Shown: positions 63,717-64,000 of the stretch, one piece after another
How the letters are laid out: every line of letters starts with the position of its first letter
Position numbering within the stretch: position 1 is the stretch's first letter
Virus record (IMG/VR): IMGVR_UViG_3300028388_003330
Coordinates: 1-64,000 of that record
Strand: one strand, 5' to 3'
Length of the DNA stretch: 64,000 bases
Origin: a virus
Program-made: the position numbers and the translations under genes
The notes under the pieces: model-generated
Seen by the model: the letters and a program-made list of their open reading frames with translations, nothing else
What the model was told of the DNA's origin: nothing
Databases searched by the model: none

Positions 63717-63730
63717 TCATTTATGACTAA
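63713..63730. promoter_or_regulatory. Operator (TCAATCA-TTTA-TGACTAA) overlapping that -35 box
   Basis: Consensus match. Confidence 0.55.
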
Positions 63731-63748
63731 TTTCCCGCAGCGAATGGC

Positions 63749-63841
63749 GTGGGCACTTTTTCGTTTTCCTCTAGTATTAATACTCTTGGTATTAAAATAC
63801 TTAAATAATATTAATACTACGGAAAACGCAAAAGTGCCCAC
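63749..63841. repeat. Long imperfect inverted repeat with AT-rich core
   Basis: GTGGGCACTTTT.CGTTTTCC..TAGTATTAATA ... TATTAATACTA.GGAAAACG.AAAAGTGCCCAC. Confidence 0.85.
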
Positions 63842-63844
63842 ACC

Positions 63845-64000
63845 TCACAGATCGAAGTCCTCGTAGGTAAGAGGAAGACCGCTCGGGGGGAAACAGGTTT
63901 CATCCTTCGGATTAACCATTCCCATGATTCGGTATCCTGCTGCTGTCGGAGCGAGAATAACTCTTCGGCGACCTCTGCGAATCTCTTTTCCGTTTTTCAC
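63845..64000 (-). CDS. 3' end of a basic, winged-helix-like hypothetical protein (partial)
   Basis: ...KNGKEIRRGRRRVILAPTAAGYRIM...YEDFDL*. Confidence 0.6.
   Translation of the reverse strand: MKNGKEIRRGRRRVILAPTAAGYRIMGMVNPKDETCFPPSGLPLTYEDFDL

Larger units (their letters stand above)
470..64000. mobile_element. Temperate siphophage genome segment (SSU5/pHCM2-like gene content), apparently in excised (attP) configuration
   Basis: Complete head-tail module, replication genes, integrase/xis/repressor, and an att core flanked by phage genes on both sides. Confidence 0.93.

Noticed and set aside
63749-63841. Protelomerase (telRL) site
   Set aside because: The centre is not a perfect palindrome, no protelomerase is seen, and the phage has int/attP

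Overview
About 63.5 kb of a temperate siphovirus genome. Gene order and protein families resemble the SSU5/pHCM2-type large phage(-plasmid)s of Gammaproteobacteria (recalled, not searched). Almost every gene is on the minus strand. From right to left: terS, terL, portal, scaffold, major capsid, head-tail genes, tail tube, frameshifted chaperones, tape measure and a 4554-aa modular tail-tip protein; then a ~15-kb accessory fibre/lysis cassette (repeat scaffold, beta-helix and LamG proteins, sulfotransferase, M15 endolysin, holin); then phoH, an Hfq-like gene, helicase, primase and DHFR. A plus-strand island (HTH repressor, xis, tyrosine integrase) sits beside an intact attP matching the 3' half of tRNA-Pro(GGG), followed by CobT/CobS-like genes, a DnaE-UDG fusion, and UvsY-like and gp32-like SSB genes. 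The first ~470 nt look like a chimeric join to a T4 gp13-like gene from another phage. Three observations stand out. (1) A ~52-nt promoter-to-terminator sRNA candidate upstream of terS is complementary to a non-canonical extended SD shared by the early/control genes, in a genome that encodes its own Hfq. (2) About 17 copies of an 18-bp palindromic operator occupy most non-coding gaps. (3) The fibre genes appear to form a split-Fn3 'plug-and-socket' strand-complementation system.
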